From assembly GCA_051294905.1 (NCBI GenBank), contig CM119372.1:21888001-21952000 (forward strand): DNA of 64,000 nt. The letters are read 5' to 3'. The stretch comes from Botryllus schlosseri. Lineage: Eukaryota. This document shows, one piece after another, positions 13,295 to 27,148 of this stretch. The first letter of the stretch is position 1; the number at the start of each line of letters is the position of its first letter. Position numbers and translations under genes: made by a program. The notes beneath the pieces were generated by a model that saw only the letters and a list, made by a program, of their open reading frames with translations, was not told the origin of the DNA and searched no databases.

Positions 13295-15539
13295 CAGTGA
13301 TTCCCAACCGCGGCCCCGAGGGCCGCATGTGGCCCCCAGCTAGCCTTCTTGCGGCCCCCCAAAATATTAGGAAATCGAGTTATGACAAAAAATAAAATTT
13401 ATATTTATGAAATAATACACTTGCTTGGCTTGGAGTCTGGAGTTTTTATTTAGGATTGCAGGACAGTCGTGAGTAGATTGCTATCGTTACGTTACTGTTG
13501 TTTTAATGCAATGTGCCATAACTTTCCAGTTGAACGAGCAGTATCTATAGATATAGATATAGTTATAGACACTAGACAGGATGATAACTGCCGCACGCCA
13601 AACCCCCAATGGGTGGGGGGGAGGGCGAGCTCGAACGGGGCCCAAAATTATTTCGTGAATTAGCATAAATTATAGAGTATTTTTTGAAAATTTATGGATC
13701 TTTTCGATTTTTTTTTGCTCTAGGCGTGATTTCATGCTGCTAAATATCTTGACTTTTGGGTACTCATCCCCAAGTAAAAATGCGCAAGATTTATAGAAAT
13801 GGGCATTGGGCATATCGGCGTTGGCCATTGCCGCGCCACAACGCACCAAGACATATTAAGTATTCGGCCATGTATGCGACTCCAAGAAGTGTGTCATAAC
13901 GATCGGCAGCGGGAAAACCTTGGCTGAACAGGACTGCCCTATGGTGACCGAAAACTTCCTTATATATGCAAAATACTGTCTTGGCAATATGAACCTCACG
14001 AGACAAATACCATTCCGCAGGGAAAATTATATTCCAGTGAAGAAATAGCAATTTGAAATCGTGTGCGTCTTTTAGTTTAGAAGCCTACGTTTGGGCGATT
14101 CTACATTTTTTTGATATAGCAGACAGGAAGGAGGTCATGAAATAACATGTTACGGATTAATACTAACGGGCCCTACAGTGGGGCTCGTGTTAGGTGTTAA
14201 GTGTTAGGCTGTCTATAGAAACGATCCTTACCAAATTTGGTTCAATTCCAACCAGTGGAAGCGGAGTCATTGCCGTCGAAAAATTTAGATTTGAATAAAA
14301 TAGTATTTATGGCGAGCACAACTATAATAAATAAACAAAGAATCGGTCGCCGTAAATACTATTTTATTCAATACAAAATTTTTCGACGGCAATAACTCCG
14401 CTTCCACCGGTTGGAATTGAACCAAATTTGATGAGCGTCGTTTCTACAGACAGCCTAACACTTTCATGGGATGAACAGAAAATTTTCAAATTTTTTATTG
14501 TTTATTTTTATATAATAAATAGAAACTTTCTTCTCCTGTCGCAAAGCGGTAACTGGCTGGAATTGAACCAAATTTTGTGTGTAGGCTTGAATTAGGTAAC
14601 CTAACAATTTTATCAAGTAGCCAGTACGATTTGAGAAAAAAGGTCATTTTTGAAGAGTCCTACCCTACAGTTTCCAATACACCTCACTCAGCTCTACCGG
14701 TAAATCTGATTACGTGAGCAGCCAGGACCAGGAATTGATAGCAATATATATGCAATTCCCGATCATATTGACCGATTTTATCATGAATTATTGAAAAGTT
14801 TCGCGCATCGCGCTGGCTCACTAAACAGTACAACTAGTTTCGTGGCAAAAGTGAACAAGGTGATAGGGGTAGGTTCATCACCATATGGGAGCCCAAGACC
14901 CATTTTTTGGGGGGTGGGTGGGGCTGACGAAGTGCTGTTTCGTTCCTGCCAACGGGTATACGCCCGAAGACGTTTAATTATTATTGAGGGGCCCTGCCTT
15001 TTCAAACACACTTCGCTCGGCTCTACCCGTAAAACTTATTACGTGAGCAGAGAGAGGATAAAAATTGATGGCAATATATATGCAATTCCCGATCATATTG
15101 ACCGATTCAATTATGAAATACAGAAAATTTTCCCGCTTCGCGCGTTTAGGCGATAAAAGCTGGCCAACTAAACCGCCCCGGAAGCACCATAATTGGTAGT
15201 CCTATAGCTCACGACCGAAGCGTCCGAATAATTTAATAGGTCCTGCCATTATCGAAAGCTAGTGTCGCACCGATTCCAAAAACTAATTGAAATCTCGCCA
15301 GCGTAATAAAACTACTCCGAAATAGCCACCGAAGGTCGATTGTTCTGAACAAATGGAGCGCAGCAACACAATGACCATAACAATGGCCAATGGCGACGAG
15401 CGATTGACCGGAACAATGCCTATTTGCATATTTTGTGACTATTTTGGGCCAGTTTCATTGCCCTGGTATTCGTGCGGCCCCGACCATACTCTGAAATTCT
15501 AAATTTGGCCCTGACACCGAAAAAGGTTGGGAACCACTG
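13295..15539. mobile_element. Buster-type element with two nested insertions
   Basis: TIR cagtgattcccaacc / ggttgggaaccactg; perfect TSD ctttatgg. Contains a copy of the 6715 family (about 13577-15170), which itself contains 14179-14662. Confidence 0.9.
14179..14662. mobile_element. Palindromic TAGGGC MITE, left arm partly deleted
   Basis: Perfect TSD ccctacag; near-identical to part of 31100-31763. Confidence 0.88.
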
Positions 15540-15630
15540 CTTTATGGGAATACTGAACTAGGTGCCTACTTTGCCTACTCGCAGTCCTTTTTCTAGTGGT
15601 TGCAAGTTTTACAGTATTTCAACTTCTACT

Positions 15631-15922
15631 CAGGGTTGTAACCAAGTCACAATGTTCCGAGTCACAAGTCATTCTTATCAGGACCGATAGACGAAATACC
15701 AATAATGTGGTAACTTTTATTCTTCGAAGCTACAATGAAATGACTGTCTGGGCCGTCCTAGTCTCGAGTCATCTGACTTGGTTCGAGTCATGCACAATGA
15801 TTCGACTACAAGTCGAGTCAATACAAAAATTGACTCAATTCGGGACATTTTACGCATTTGAAAAAATGACTCGAGTCAAGTCTAGTCACCAAAAAATCGC
15901 TACTCGAGTCATTATAACCCTA
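15631..15922. mobile_element. GACTCGAGTC-rich MITE
   Basis: Ends cagggttgtaac / attataacccta; related fragments at 1320-1450 and 8420-8500. Confidence 0.7.
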
Positions 15923-17523
15923 CATCTACTAGAACTCTTGTCAAACAAAGCTACTTACTTTTTACAAGTTTTATTTTGGGAAGCTCTTTAAATATTTTGT
16001 GATAAGCTTGCATCACTCTAAAAAGTGAAATTTTCATAGGAACCGCGTGAAACAGGTACTGTATCACGGTATGCGAGTATGTTTTCGAGGATTGGTTGTA
16101 GGATTTGTCCTTTTCAGTACGTCGCGCCATCTACACCTTGAAATTTCAAAGTGACCTCCGATTACCTGATAAATGTACGCGAACCCTCGGCCAAACTGCT
16201 TTTTGGAAATGCTTATTTGAGGACATTGCAGAGCTTTAATTTAATTTTCTACTTCCGATCGAAGTAGTTTCGAGTTGTCGTGAAAATTGCTATTTCTACT
16301 AGTAATTGAATAGAAATCTACGTCCCTACTTCTATTTCTACTGGAGTAGCATCACTTACTACTTTGACCCCCTCTGGATGTATGCTACTTCTAAAAGTAT
16401 AATCAGCACGTTCAAGTTAGCACGTTCGGCAGTTTGGTTCTTTGGATAAGGAGACACCCTGTGTTTAAGTGTTCCAAAACAAGGCTGTATGAGTTTGAGT
16501 ACACACATGCCAGAGCGCACGATTCGCATTCACCTTATATGAACATTGAACAATTGTTTGTTTATCGTTGAAAATGCTTAGGTTTTACAGTAAGAGCAGG
16601 ATGCTGTCATAAAATGTATTGGTATGTCAGGTCTGCTGGTCAGAGGTTTTAAGATAAAATTGGTAACTCAGTCGTTGTTGTTGTAGAATATTTAAAAAAT
16701 TGATCAGATTTAGATTAACGACTTTAGTAAAACTTGATTTGGATTCTTAAACTGGGTTCCTCTCACTGGTGTTAGGAGTTGCGTGAAATAATAATACGTC
16801 ATCAGATAACCTCAAAAACAGATTATCCTTTGGTAATGACGTTGTGAGTGGGACTGTGACTACTTTGTTTAGTCACTTTTTTATTATTATTTTATAATGG
16901 GCATGGAATAGCCTAACTAGAGTGCAGCTTGATGTTATGACCTTCCAGTCATGGGCTTCTCAGATTTTGGGAGTACGCGCAACCGCCCACAAAAGTTAAA
17001 GAGGTCTGTGATCAAAAGAGTTTAAAAACCGCTGCCTTAAATCAACAGTGATAATTTCATGAGAATTAACCTTGCCCTCATCTCACCCACATGCCCGCAT
17101 ATGCCAAGGAGACTCGTGAAAGAGGATATATTCCTGATTTCTATTGTCGATAATATGCACCTTGCCAAGCACGTCAACGATGGAAGCTCTAAATGGCGTC
17201 CGGCAGTCTGGTAGCCGTGACTGTGTGAGCCCAAGCATTTAGACGCTCATTTTATTGAGTATTGTTATTGTCACCAAGTGCCTACTGCCTAGTAGTGAAT
17301 AGTCAGTCCAGCCAATGAACATTTGTTGGAACAAGGCAATGCACATGCACATGCGATTCTTATCTGAACGCCTAGAGGTGAGGTAAACAATAAAGTATCT
17401 CTGAAATTAATTGCTGTGCCTTCGATAATTATCTGCAGCAATAGGGATCATCCAGAGCACTGCATGAAATAAATCATAGATAGTGGCACATAATGGAAAT
17501 GAACAAGGGAAAGCCAGACTTAC

Positions 17524-17599
17524 CTATGGCTGATAGAATTTGCGATATATCAAGCTGTTCAGCTTCCTCACCCTTCTCGCCCTTGACGCCAGTATCACC
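17524..17599 (-). CDS. Exon 2 of the short-collagen protein
   Basis: tttcaaAG acceptor, phase 0; GDTGVKGEKGEEAEQLDISQILSAI continues the Gly-X-Y register (4 more triplets) into a neck-like helix; GTAAGT donor, phase 1. Confidence 0.82.
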
Positions 17600-17834
17600 C
17601 TTTGAAATGCATGATATGTTATAAATTGTTTCCAAAACGAAATATTTGAAAATCGAAGTGATGATCTGAATTTATGCTCACTACATAGCGGCTTTCTAGC
17701 AGTATGGTAAATTTGATAAAATTCCTGTAACTTGAATGTTTTTGGTCATTGTGTTGTTAAGCATCATGATTTATTTTCCCTTTTTGTGAAATCACAAGTG
17801 TAAATGGTTATAGGGTGATGACTGGTATTTTAAG

Positions 17835-18045
17835 TGTTCATGGTGCTTTACATCAGGCCTAACGAGGCCGATAAATCTTATAATATCATTCCTGAGCTAC
17901 CATTTTATAGCACGGTCCACTCTCGTTCTCGGCGTTTTCTATTACTCCGCATATGCGGGTCAGATGGCGATGAGGAGCCTCGATATACCTCCAATACTTA
18001 TAGGAAGATATTCTGGAGTCGACGTCGGTCAGACTCGAACCTGCA
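17835..18045 (-). mobile_element. tRNA-derived SINE copy
   Basis: Reverse-complement similarity to 53886-54169, including the B-box (plus strand gactcgaacc). Confidence 0.7.
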
Positions 18046-18707
18046 AACAATTGGTATTTCCCTACTAGAGATTAGGGCTGGGCACAGTAATTTGAGTACT
18101 CGAATCTGAATCCAGTATTAATAATAATGATTCGAGTCTAGTAATGAGATACGATTTTTTTTTCAGTACTGAAATTATACGCTTCTCGCCATTAAGACTT
18201 GTATCATTATATATAGTGTCGATGATTGTTCCCAATGTGGAAACTTTGAAACCTCGATTCGTCACATCGCCATATGTCATATATGTAAAAGTCACTGCTG
18301 CACTCCCTCGCGCCAGATGTCCCAGAGTGTGAGTGTGATACGGAGTTACTCAGTTAATATTTTCTAACTAACAGGTAGTTGAATGCTTTATCGGTAATGG
18401 AACAAACTGCGCCCTGCCACCACCAGCAAAAGATTTCCAATACAATGAGACAGAATATAGTCGGAATATATTTCGAGCATATACTTCGAGTATGATGTTG
18501 CGGCCAATGAAAGGTGCACATCATGATTATAGCGTAAGTAAACCATGGACGTCAAACTTACTGCCCGTCGGACAGTTACATCCGTCGCGCGAAGCAATGC
18601 CGAGTAATTAAATAAATGCTTACATTATCCAGCACATTCCTATCAAAAGTTGAAATATTTTATACGAAAGGAATAGATTCTCAATTCATATTCACATGAC
18701 ACATTAT

Positions 18708-19947
18708 CAGAGGTGGTCAAAGTAGTCAAGAAAGCTACTCAAGTAGAAGTAGAAGTAGCGACGAAAAAATCTTCTCAAGTACGAGTAGAAGTACTTCTTT
18801 CATAAGCAACCTAAAACTACTCAAGTAAGTAAGTAGTTCTGAAAACGACCGTAATTCGTTCGCACGGACTGTCAAAAACTGCAAATTGAGCTATGCGAAA
18901 GGTGCAGAGCTTGATCCATATTGATGCATACCAGGTGGTATCCAATTTTCGACAGCATAAGCATTCGTTCGCATCATGAGATGAAAATGATAGTATTGAT
19001 ATGGAAATGCGATACTAATCCTCTGTTTACTCGAACAACCCGTTTTAGAAAATGTCATGGTATGGAGCCCTCCCCATAATCTAAGGCCCGTAGTTTAGTC
19101 GAAGAGCAATACAGAGCAGTTGTATTGGATACGGTGTAAACATTTTGCGCGATTAGTAAACGTTAATGAAAAATATGGTGGATCGTAAAAATGCCATGTG
19201 TAGCTTTATTTCCGGAAATTAAAAGCATTACTACACTTGCTTTTATACTTCAACATGTATGTTCTCCAGACAAAAGAACTGAAACTAATTAGAACTCAAA
19301 GTATGATACTGGGAATTGAAAGAGAAATGCAAATACCACTTCTAAAAAGCGGAAATATATTTCATGTCTTTGGTCCATTAAGCTTCAAAGGTGGTCTGCT
19401 AAAACAGGTGCAACGTTAAAAAAAGCCGGATACTCCAGATTAGTAGGACACGTCATGGGCTGCTAGATTATGTTATGATAGGTAATTGCTAGATTGCAAA
19501 ACGGTAGTTTAATACGTTATGGTGGGCCATATTTACTGTGAATAATTAGTTGATATGGGCGACAATGTGGTGTGAGGGGAACCACGCAATCCGGTACCTA
19601 AATTATATTCACTGATACTTTCGTGAAAACGTATTTGTCACTCCAAAACTACTGTGCGAGAAGCGCAACAAAGGTTCTCTGCTTTACTTGACTTTTATGA
19701 ATATTAAATGTTGGTTCTCCGTGAAAACAGCATCCAAATTCCTCGGGCTATCTCAGTTATTGGGCGATTAAACTACTTCTACTTGACAAACTGAAAGTAG
19801 CGAAAGGTAAGTAAGTAGATCACAAAATATTACGAAGTAGAAGTAGAAGTAGAGAAAATCAGATCTACTTGAGTAAGAACCAGAAGTAGAGAAAAACTAC
19901 TTGAGTACTTCCAAAAAGTAGAAGTACTTCGTTACTGAAAACCTCTG
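18708..19947. mobile_element. hAT-type element with AGTAGA subterminal repeats
   Basis: Ends cagaggt / acctctg; perfect TSD cacattat; inverted truncated copy at about 44395-45276. Confidence 0.9.
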
Positions 19948-20190
19948 CACATTATAGGCGTTATGGCACATTATAACGACAATGTTGCGTTTTCACTCCA
20001 GTCATCATTATTTGCAAGTCTATAACATTGTCACCAACATCCGAGAAGAGAAGTGATTTCTGACCAAGCTTTCAGGCAAAGTGGACCTAAAGGTAGTTAG
20101 TTATTCACAGACGCGAAAACCGTTGCATGCAAGTTTCATATATAGTGCTCCAAGAACTTCAGCCATTTGGTCTATTCTATCCATCTAATA

Positions 20191-22660
20191 CACTGGGCAA
20201 CAATTCTGAACGAAAAATTTCTTGACTTTGATTTTGCACTTGATTTGGGCTAAGTTTGGCGTGCTGATTCCAAAATTGCCCCTGGTTTTCTTCTATCACG
20301 TCAAGTTTTTGCTTTACGACATATGCCCAAAATATGCAAATTTTTACGAATTTAGCCATATCACTTTTCCATACCATATAGAAATCCACACTTTTATCAT
20401 ATAATATGTTATATAGCCAAGGGTTCAATTGAATTATTAGGAAAAAGGGTACTGGTATCGATCTAAGCCAATGCCTTCACCTATTTTGGGTTAGAGGATG
20501 CAATCGTCCGAGGATATTTCAGACCAGTGTTGGGATCCAGTCACTACCTTCGAGTCACGAGTCATTTCGAGTCATTGCACATTTTGACTCGAGTCAAGTC
20601 AAGTCAAGTCAATCGATATTTGGAGGTGACTCGAGTCAAGTCGAGTCAAGTCAAGTCAAGTCAAGTCAAGTCATGAGTCAAGTCACAATTCAAGTCAAGT
20701 TTACTTTTCGAAGTATGAGGCATGATTACGTCATTGCATTTTGCTAGCTGTCTGAAATACGGATTGAGTGGTCATTGATTTTGAACCGATGAACGAATAT
20801 AGAGTTAAATATATAGACGCAAGAAGGCGCTGTATCTCTCACATATACGTACGACTCCTAATTGCATAGCCTCAGTTTATAGTTACCAGCCGAAATAGAA
20901 AATGGAGAAACGAATTGATAAGATGCAAAACATTACCCATTTACAAATTGATATGATACAATTCGCCAATGATTGAGGACTATATAAACTACATTCGAAT
21001 TCAATTTTAATAAAACAAGAGGTTTGGTTCACGTAAGAACAAAGAACAGAAATAGATATTTTGCTATTAAACAACTTTACTATACTAGTTTACTACAACG
21101 TAAGCTGTAAGCTTCGATCACTTCGTTTGCAGTCAAATGTTTGTGAGAGAACAATGGAGGCTCAGTATAACGCACGATCATTGAATGATTGGTCACTCTC
21201 ACAGGTTAAACCAGCGTTTCGCGAACAATCCGAACATAATATGTAAGATACAGTGATTTTTATCGACACCGATTACTTGATGACTTGAAATTGACTCGTG
21301 AATTTTGTTCCGAGTCACGAGTCAATCCACATTTCTGATACGTCGAGTCAAGTCAAGTCAAGTCATTTTGGAAAAGTGACTCGAGTCAAGTCAAGTCATA
21401 CGGATAACGTAACTCGAGTCATCCCAACACTGTTTCAGACACATATTTCATGCAAACTGCAGGATATGGCAAGTAAAATAAACATTACATTTACCATCAA
21501 CTATAGGTCCAATGCCCCGTTCAGTTTATCCGCAGTGTACCTTGAAACTCCTATACGCTCGATAATTTGGATCAAGATGAAGATCTTAGGTATAGCAGGC
21601 CTAATGATGAAGATTTTGAAATCGAAGATGATTCAGAACATAGAGAAGTCTATCAACACAAGTTATATGATCTACCATAGGCTTTCGGACTCGAAAGAGA
21701 AATATTCGGAACTTTTAGCATCCTTGAGAATTGAGAAAAGATTACTTGGCAAAAGAGAGAAGATATCTCTCAGCTTTGTGTATTGCCGCGATACTGGCAT
21801 TGCCATGATACTGTTACCATGGGTTGCTGGCGGAGTTAGGAATCCCGATTTACCACTCAAGTGAATGGCAACTGTCTATTGGTGGCTCAAAAAAGATCTT
21901 TAATTGTGACATTCTCCAAAATGGCAACGTCTTAGGTAAAGTAACAATTGCACACTCAATTAGTCTTCGTGAATAATACTGAAACATTGAGAATAATACA
22001 GGAACATTTAATTGTTGAAATATCACAAGCACGATTGGACCATATGTGTCAGCTTTGATATATTGTGTATTCTTAGTAATCAAACAATAAGGATGCACAT
22101 GCACATGTAACCCTGACACACATGTCCCACTGCACTGCCATAAGTTTATGTCGACAGCAGACATTCAAAAAAGCTAAAATATCTAAATAATTTCCCGGAA
22201 AACCTTGGCATGGTCAGCGATGGGCAAGGATGAAGATGATGTGGGTAAGATACCAGAGAAGATTGGAGCTTACATATGTTAGCTGACTATTGTTCGAGTA
22301 TCAAACGAGAAAAACCACAGCATTATGAGTTATTAGCGTAAATTTGGACCCTGAAACTCGCACTTTATTAGTCCAGCAGAAGCAATATCAGTTTGAGTCA
22401 ACCAAATAAAGCAGATCAAATGTTTATTTGGAGTCTATTGATTTACTTTCGACTGCTTATGGTTTTTGAAACGTTTTGTAAAATAAATACAAAATATTAT
22501 AAGTACTACTTCTATGTGGGGTATGAGACAATGTAGTGGGTGCCTTTCCCGCAAACTTGACGTGATAGAGAAAAACGGACGTCATTTTTGAATTCGGCAC
22601 CCAGAAGTTAGTCGAAATCAATTGTCTGACCAAAGTCAACAAAAATTGTGTTTACCAGTG
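20191..22660 (+). mobile_element. Chapaev3-like (CMC superfamily) DNA transposon, decayed
   Basis: About 120-bp imperfect TIRs starting cactgg / ending ccagtg. Plus-strand transposase remnants 21640-22330: SKEKYSELLAS, GLLAELGIPIYHSSEWQLSIGGSKK..LQNGN..IAHSISLRE, LLKYHKHDWTICV, FPENLGMVSDGQG, RYQ..MLADYCSSIKRE, with stops and frameshifts. Confidence 0.85.
20525..21432. mobile_element. hAT (Ac-type) MITE with (CAAGT)n/GACTCGAGTC arrays, nested in the Chapaev3-like element
   Basis: TIR cagtgttgggat / atcccaacactg; perfect TSD tttcagac; same family as 41502-42503. Confidence 0.92.
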
Positions 22661-22767
22661 ATTTCATTTGAATGTAATTTTTGCTGAATTTGCTGCGTCG
22701 TTGTCCGTGGCGCAAAGACCTTAACGGGCGATAAGCGTCACTCTAAACTTTTAATAATGATAATGAT

Positions 22768-23340
22768 ATGGCGGTCGATACCTCTTCATGGACAGCACAA
22801 GAAATTAAAGTCGCAGCCCCGTGTAGACGAGCCTTCATGGACATATGGCAATCCAGCTCTGGCCTGAAACTGGCAAGTGGAGGATTCTTTTTCGCTGCAC
22901 AAGGCCAACCGCTCCCTACAAAGTACTATCGCAAAAGAATTCTGAACAAAAATCCTGACGGCAAATGCATCTCGTGTCTGGCTGTGGCGCACTTGCAGCC
23001 ACCGAATACACATGGAGACAAAACAGGATCGGTCACCATATTCATCTTGAATCATGCAAACATTTTACCATCACCACTTCGACAAAATATTGGTATGTCT
23101 AGCTCCAGTGAGAGTAAACGACCAAATAAAAATTCTGTGGGATCTACCATAGTCATAACTGATCGCGAAATCAGGAGCAACCGTCCGGATACGATAATCA
23201 AACTGAAAAATAAAAGAATATGCTTATTCATTGAGCTTGATATTCAAAAGATCCCGGGAAACGTTCGATTCGACATGATCCAAAAGATCACGTTATTGGG
23301 CAGGGTTGATTGCACCACTGGACCAAACTACACGTATACT
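22768..23340 (+). mobile_element. R4/Dong-like non-LTR retrotransposon 3' remnant (zinc knuckle and restriction-like endonuclease)
   Basis: GFFFAAQGQPLPTKYYRKRIL..DGKCISC, TDREIRSNRPDTIIKLKNKRICLFIE (RPD..E), IQKITLLG. Confidence 0.8.
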
Positions 23341-24692
23341 CGAAAATCATAGGATAATTTCTGTGATTTCAATTATTCATTTTCAATCATCTTCAACTCT
23401 GCAACCCTTGTCTATTCTTCATCTACTGCAATTCTATAATCTGACCTCTTCATGTAGCCTATAGCGTAGGAATAACAATTTGGCTGTATTACTGAAATTT
23501 AAAAGGTTTACTTCAATCTCGCCATTTTCCTTGGGGGCTGGCTGCTCATCGGATTAGTGTGTATTTACCAGTTTTATTGTGAATAAGGAATATAACAATC
23601 CATCAAATGCGCACTTTCAAAGTACGTATATATCAGTTGAGGAGAAAAATGCGTAGAAATATGCCAACCTATCGTTGTCACCCGACATATCACAGTCTTC
23701 GTTTTAGGGGTTTATACTTGCAATCAACCAATCATTGATTTTTGTCAATTCTATTGTTTATGAATAGAGGTGTTGCTAGATTAGAGTATTCGTGATCCGT
23801 AGTATTATGTATAGGCTTTAAATGAAACATATCTTTGAAAAACACGGTCATGGTGACATTTTGGCATATGTTGAATGGTGCGGCCCCCAAGCAATCAAAA
23901 GGTTTGGATCCTGCATGCGACCCAAATGGAGTTTGACACCCCTGGCCTAAACAATGAACTTCACCAATGAAGATTGAAGCTGGTAAATTAACCTGCATCT
24001 CAGCGAGAGATCCGTAAATCGCTAATCGTTTTATTCCAAATTCATTTTGATTTTCCTCAGCCTGATCGCTCCGATCACCGTACCTACTAGGCGAGAGATG
24101 TCCAGCCAGTGGCTCAAGGCAACGTTCTGAATGGCCCGAGAGTATTTTCCGAAGTAACATATATTACGAAGTTATGTAGTTCATGATGAACTTTCATTCC
24201 GAGAAAATGGAATATATTTTTGCTTTCTCTACTACTGAGTGAACACAACAGTTGAAGTTGAAGTTTATTTATTTCATCACAATGCAAATCGCTACGATTC
24301 ACATTTTCCGCATTGCTGAGTCCACATCCGTTCCTCACAATCGCACTCGTGTTTGCAGACTCAACCAGTCCGCAATATTCCATTCTTTCTTACTTACTTC
24401 GTTGAGATACAGCTGATATCAAAGAAGTTGGCGAGGCAATATATACGCTGGGTACTAATTGCGATTTATATCCAACTTGACTACCGGCCGTTTTTGATGT
24501 TAATATAACTGTATAGGCATGTGCTCTTCACGTGGACAATCCTAATGGGCCGGATACAAGTTTGACGCCAGTCTACAGTAATGCTTTCCAGGTTTTCAGA
24601 AGCGGGCGTTGGATGGCGTAGAAATAACTAATACCCGTTATTTCAGTATTCATATCCAGAAAGTGGCGATAACTGTTCAGTGTTCATTAAAA

Positions 24693-25283
24693 CAGGGTCG
24701 GGATCCTTTTTCCACCAAAGAGCCATATTGGCCCAATATTTTCAATTGTAACTCCCAACGAGCCATACATGTCCAAATTGTCCATCAACTGTTACGCCGC
24801 AATTGAAAATTCGTGACTTATTCGCTACTTACCAGACAAGAACATGGATAGCTATAGCGGTGTTTTGAATTTGAATTTGAATTTCTAATTGTGAATGGCA
24901 CTTCCCACAGGCAGTTTATTTCTCGACGTAGATCAGGAAGACAACGTGTATTTGAAAACTGCATTGTCCTTCAGCCGTGGCTATGTCTGCTATTCTCTTT
25001 GATCAATCACGGTATCGTGCAATCCAATATTTCGAGGCGTGCGATGGCAGGTAGGTCGAATTCGCGCGTGGTGTTATAAATTTGGGTCTTTGGATACCCC
25101 ACTGTCCTGACCTCTCAAAGAATGTTTATGCTACCACGAGAAAATGATGCCGTCATGAAAATTTACTAACAAGTTGCTGCAATATTGATAAATTGAGTAA
25201 AAAATCACAAATTTGTCAATCAGCCAGATCTTATACCCAAAAGAGCCATATATAGTTCTCGAGCCATAGGTTTCCGACCACTG
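24693..25283. mobile_element. Degenerate hAT-type MITE
   Basis: Ends cagggtcggga / ttccgaccactg with aaagagccata subterminal motifs; no clear TSD. Confidence 0.6.
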
Positions 25284-25868
25284 ATAGAAAGAAACAGCAA
25301 ATGTCTAATATGTTTTGCGGGATATTCAGAGGTTAATGAGAGCCACAAGAAGGCTAGCTTGGAACCGTATTCGGCTCTAATTGCCGCGGTTTGGAATCTC
25401 TGTTCTAAACTCTAGAACAGTGGTTCCCAACCTGTGGTACGCGTACCACTAGTGGTACGTGAAGGTCTCCCAGGTGGTACGCGAGTAGATTCTGTTTTTT
25501 TCGACCGAAGAGAGTTATTAGTTCAGGTGAGGTTGATTTTGAGTTTTTTGAAGCCGTCGTCTCACGCTATTCCCCAGCTGCTGATTTTCCTTTATACGTG
25601 GGAATGCGAGCAAGGATTTTCATCCCTGATGACCATCAAGTCGAAGAAACGAAACCGACTTGTTGCGCCCATGCATGATTTTCGATGCGCTGTAAGGAGA
25701 CGTATGCCACGTATCGACAAACTAGTGGGAAATAAACAAATGCAGCCATCGCATTAAATAAATTGACTTTGGTTGTGTGTTGTTATTTCATTATGTTGTT
25801 CATCTTTTGACTGGTGGGGAAAAAACAATTCCATACATCCCATCAACCCTGGCTAATAATACCTAGAT

Positions 25869-27148
25869 CAGGGGTGTCAAACTCAAATTGCATCGCGGGC
25901 CGGATCGAAATCATCAAATCGCTCGCGGGCCGGACCAGTCAACGGATCCAAAATGTTGCCTCGTGCCAATGCTTCTCGCTGGAATACTTTATTATCAAGC
26001 ATATATAGATAATACACGGATCGTAGGGGTTTCATTCTAGCGAGTCGCAACACCATTATTTGCGAGCAATGAAATTGGCGAAAAAACGATGTTTGTCCGG
26101 TTGAATACAATTAAGAGCCGCTGAAACAATGGCATTACCGGCGATAAAAAGTAAACATATTTCAGTGTTCCCTTTGCTTTAGTCCAGGGGAGGCCAACCT
26201 GCGGCCGTAAGAGGGAATTTATGCGGCCGTAGACACGCAATTTAATTAGTATGTGTTGGCGGCCGTCGACATGCAATTCGAATTAAGAATTGACTCCCGA
26301 TTTCTGGAAAGATTTAAATTAATCTTGAATTTTTCTTCGCGCTGCGCGCGATTCAATGCGACTTCATTTTTCGATTTTAATATAGTAGCACCCTTTGCAA
26401 TTAGAGCCCCACAATGCAGATGCGAACATCAGTAGAAAATGCTGCGCCTCACATGGGTATATCAGCTCGGAATCGTGTGCTCCTCACTATACTAACAGTC
26501 CTGATGGGAGGTCAAGAAATAACAGCATGCTACAAAGTGACTAATTCCAATTGGCCCACACGAAGATGCAGCATAATTTATAACTTGCTTTAAATTTTTG
26601 AAAACACCCCCACATCAACTCTATACCAGTGAATCTGATCACACGGGATGAGAAATATCAATGTTTGATGGTAATATGTAAAACTACTAATATCAATGAC
26701 GAAATTCATTGGCACTTCCTTCCTTAACATTACCAGTGACCACTCGCGATTCGGATGAGCATAGTAAGCCTATCATTAAATAGATCAGTCCGGAGTTCAC
26801 CGGAAATGAACATAGACACTTGAACCTGGGTATTTGGCGTCCAGCTCGTTCATCACGACTATGCCCTGGAATGCGGCCGTAGGCTACACGAGTAGTCGAA
26901 ATGCGGCCGTGAATGGCAAAAAGGTTGGCCACCCCTGCTTTAGTCATAATCTGGCGTTATCCCTGCGTATGCGTTGTGATGAATACAAGATATTTCACTG
27001 CCAACGCGGACGTTGTAATTTGGTTTATTACTGTGGATGTGATGGATAATATAATCTTTTTTCAATGTACTCAGAATTGCTATGCGGACCGGATAAAATC
27101 GTCTGGCGGGCCGGATCCGGCCAACGGGCCGTATGTTTGACATCCCTG
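25869..27148. mobile_element. Buster-type MITE (caggggtgtcaaac family)
   Basis: TIR caggggtgtcaaac / gtttgacatccctg; degenerate TSD; homologous to 29355-30195 and 56951-57890. Confidence 0.85.
26185..26937. mobile_element. Buster-type MITE (innermost of a triple nest)
   Basis: TIR caggggaggccaacc / ggttggccacccctg; perfect TSD ctttagtc. Confidence 0.92.

Noticed and set aside
17037..17460. Candidate exon 3 of the collagen gene
   Set aside because: Phase-1 continuations from the nearby AG acceptors hit stops quickly or give no recognisable domain; not supportable without transcripts.
20560..20700. Short repeat arrays (also 4830-4960 and 28190-28270) resembling CRISPR
   Set aside because: No constant repeat with unique spacers, no cas genes, eukaryotic context; the arrays lie inside TIR elements.
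21298..21864. 188-aa ORF; PWVAGGVRNPDL first suggested an L1/Tx1 reverse transcriptase
   Set aside because: It starts in a MITE, and the neighbouring frames carry clear Chapaev3 transposase motifs, which explain the region better.
23732..24383. Two overlapping minus-strand ORFs, possible LINE ORF1
   Set aside because: No diagnostic motif, and part of the frame runs through a MITE end near 23945.
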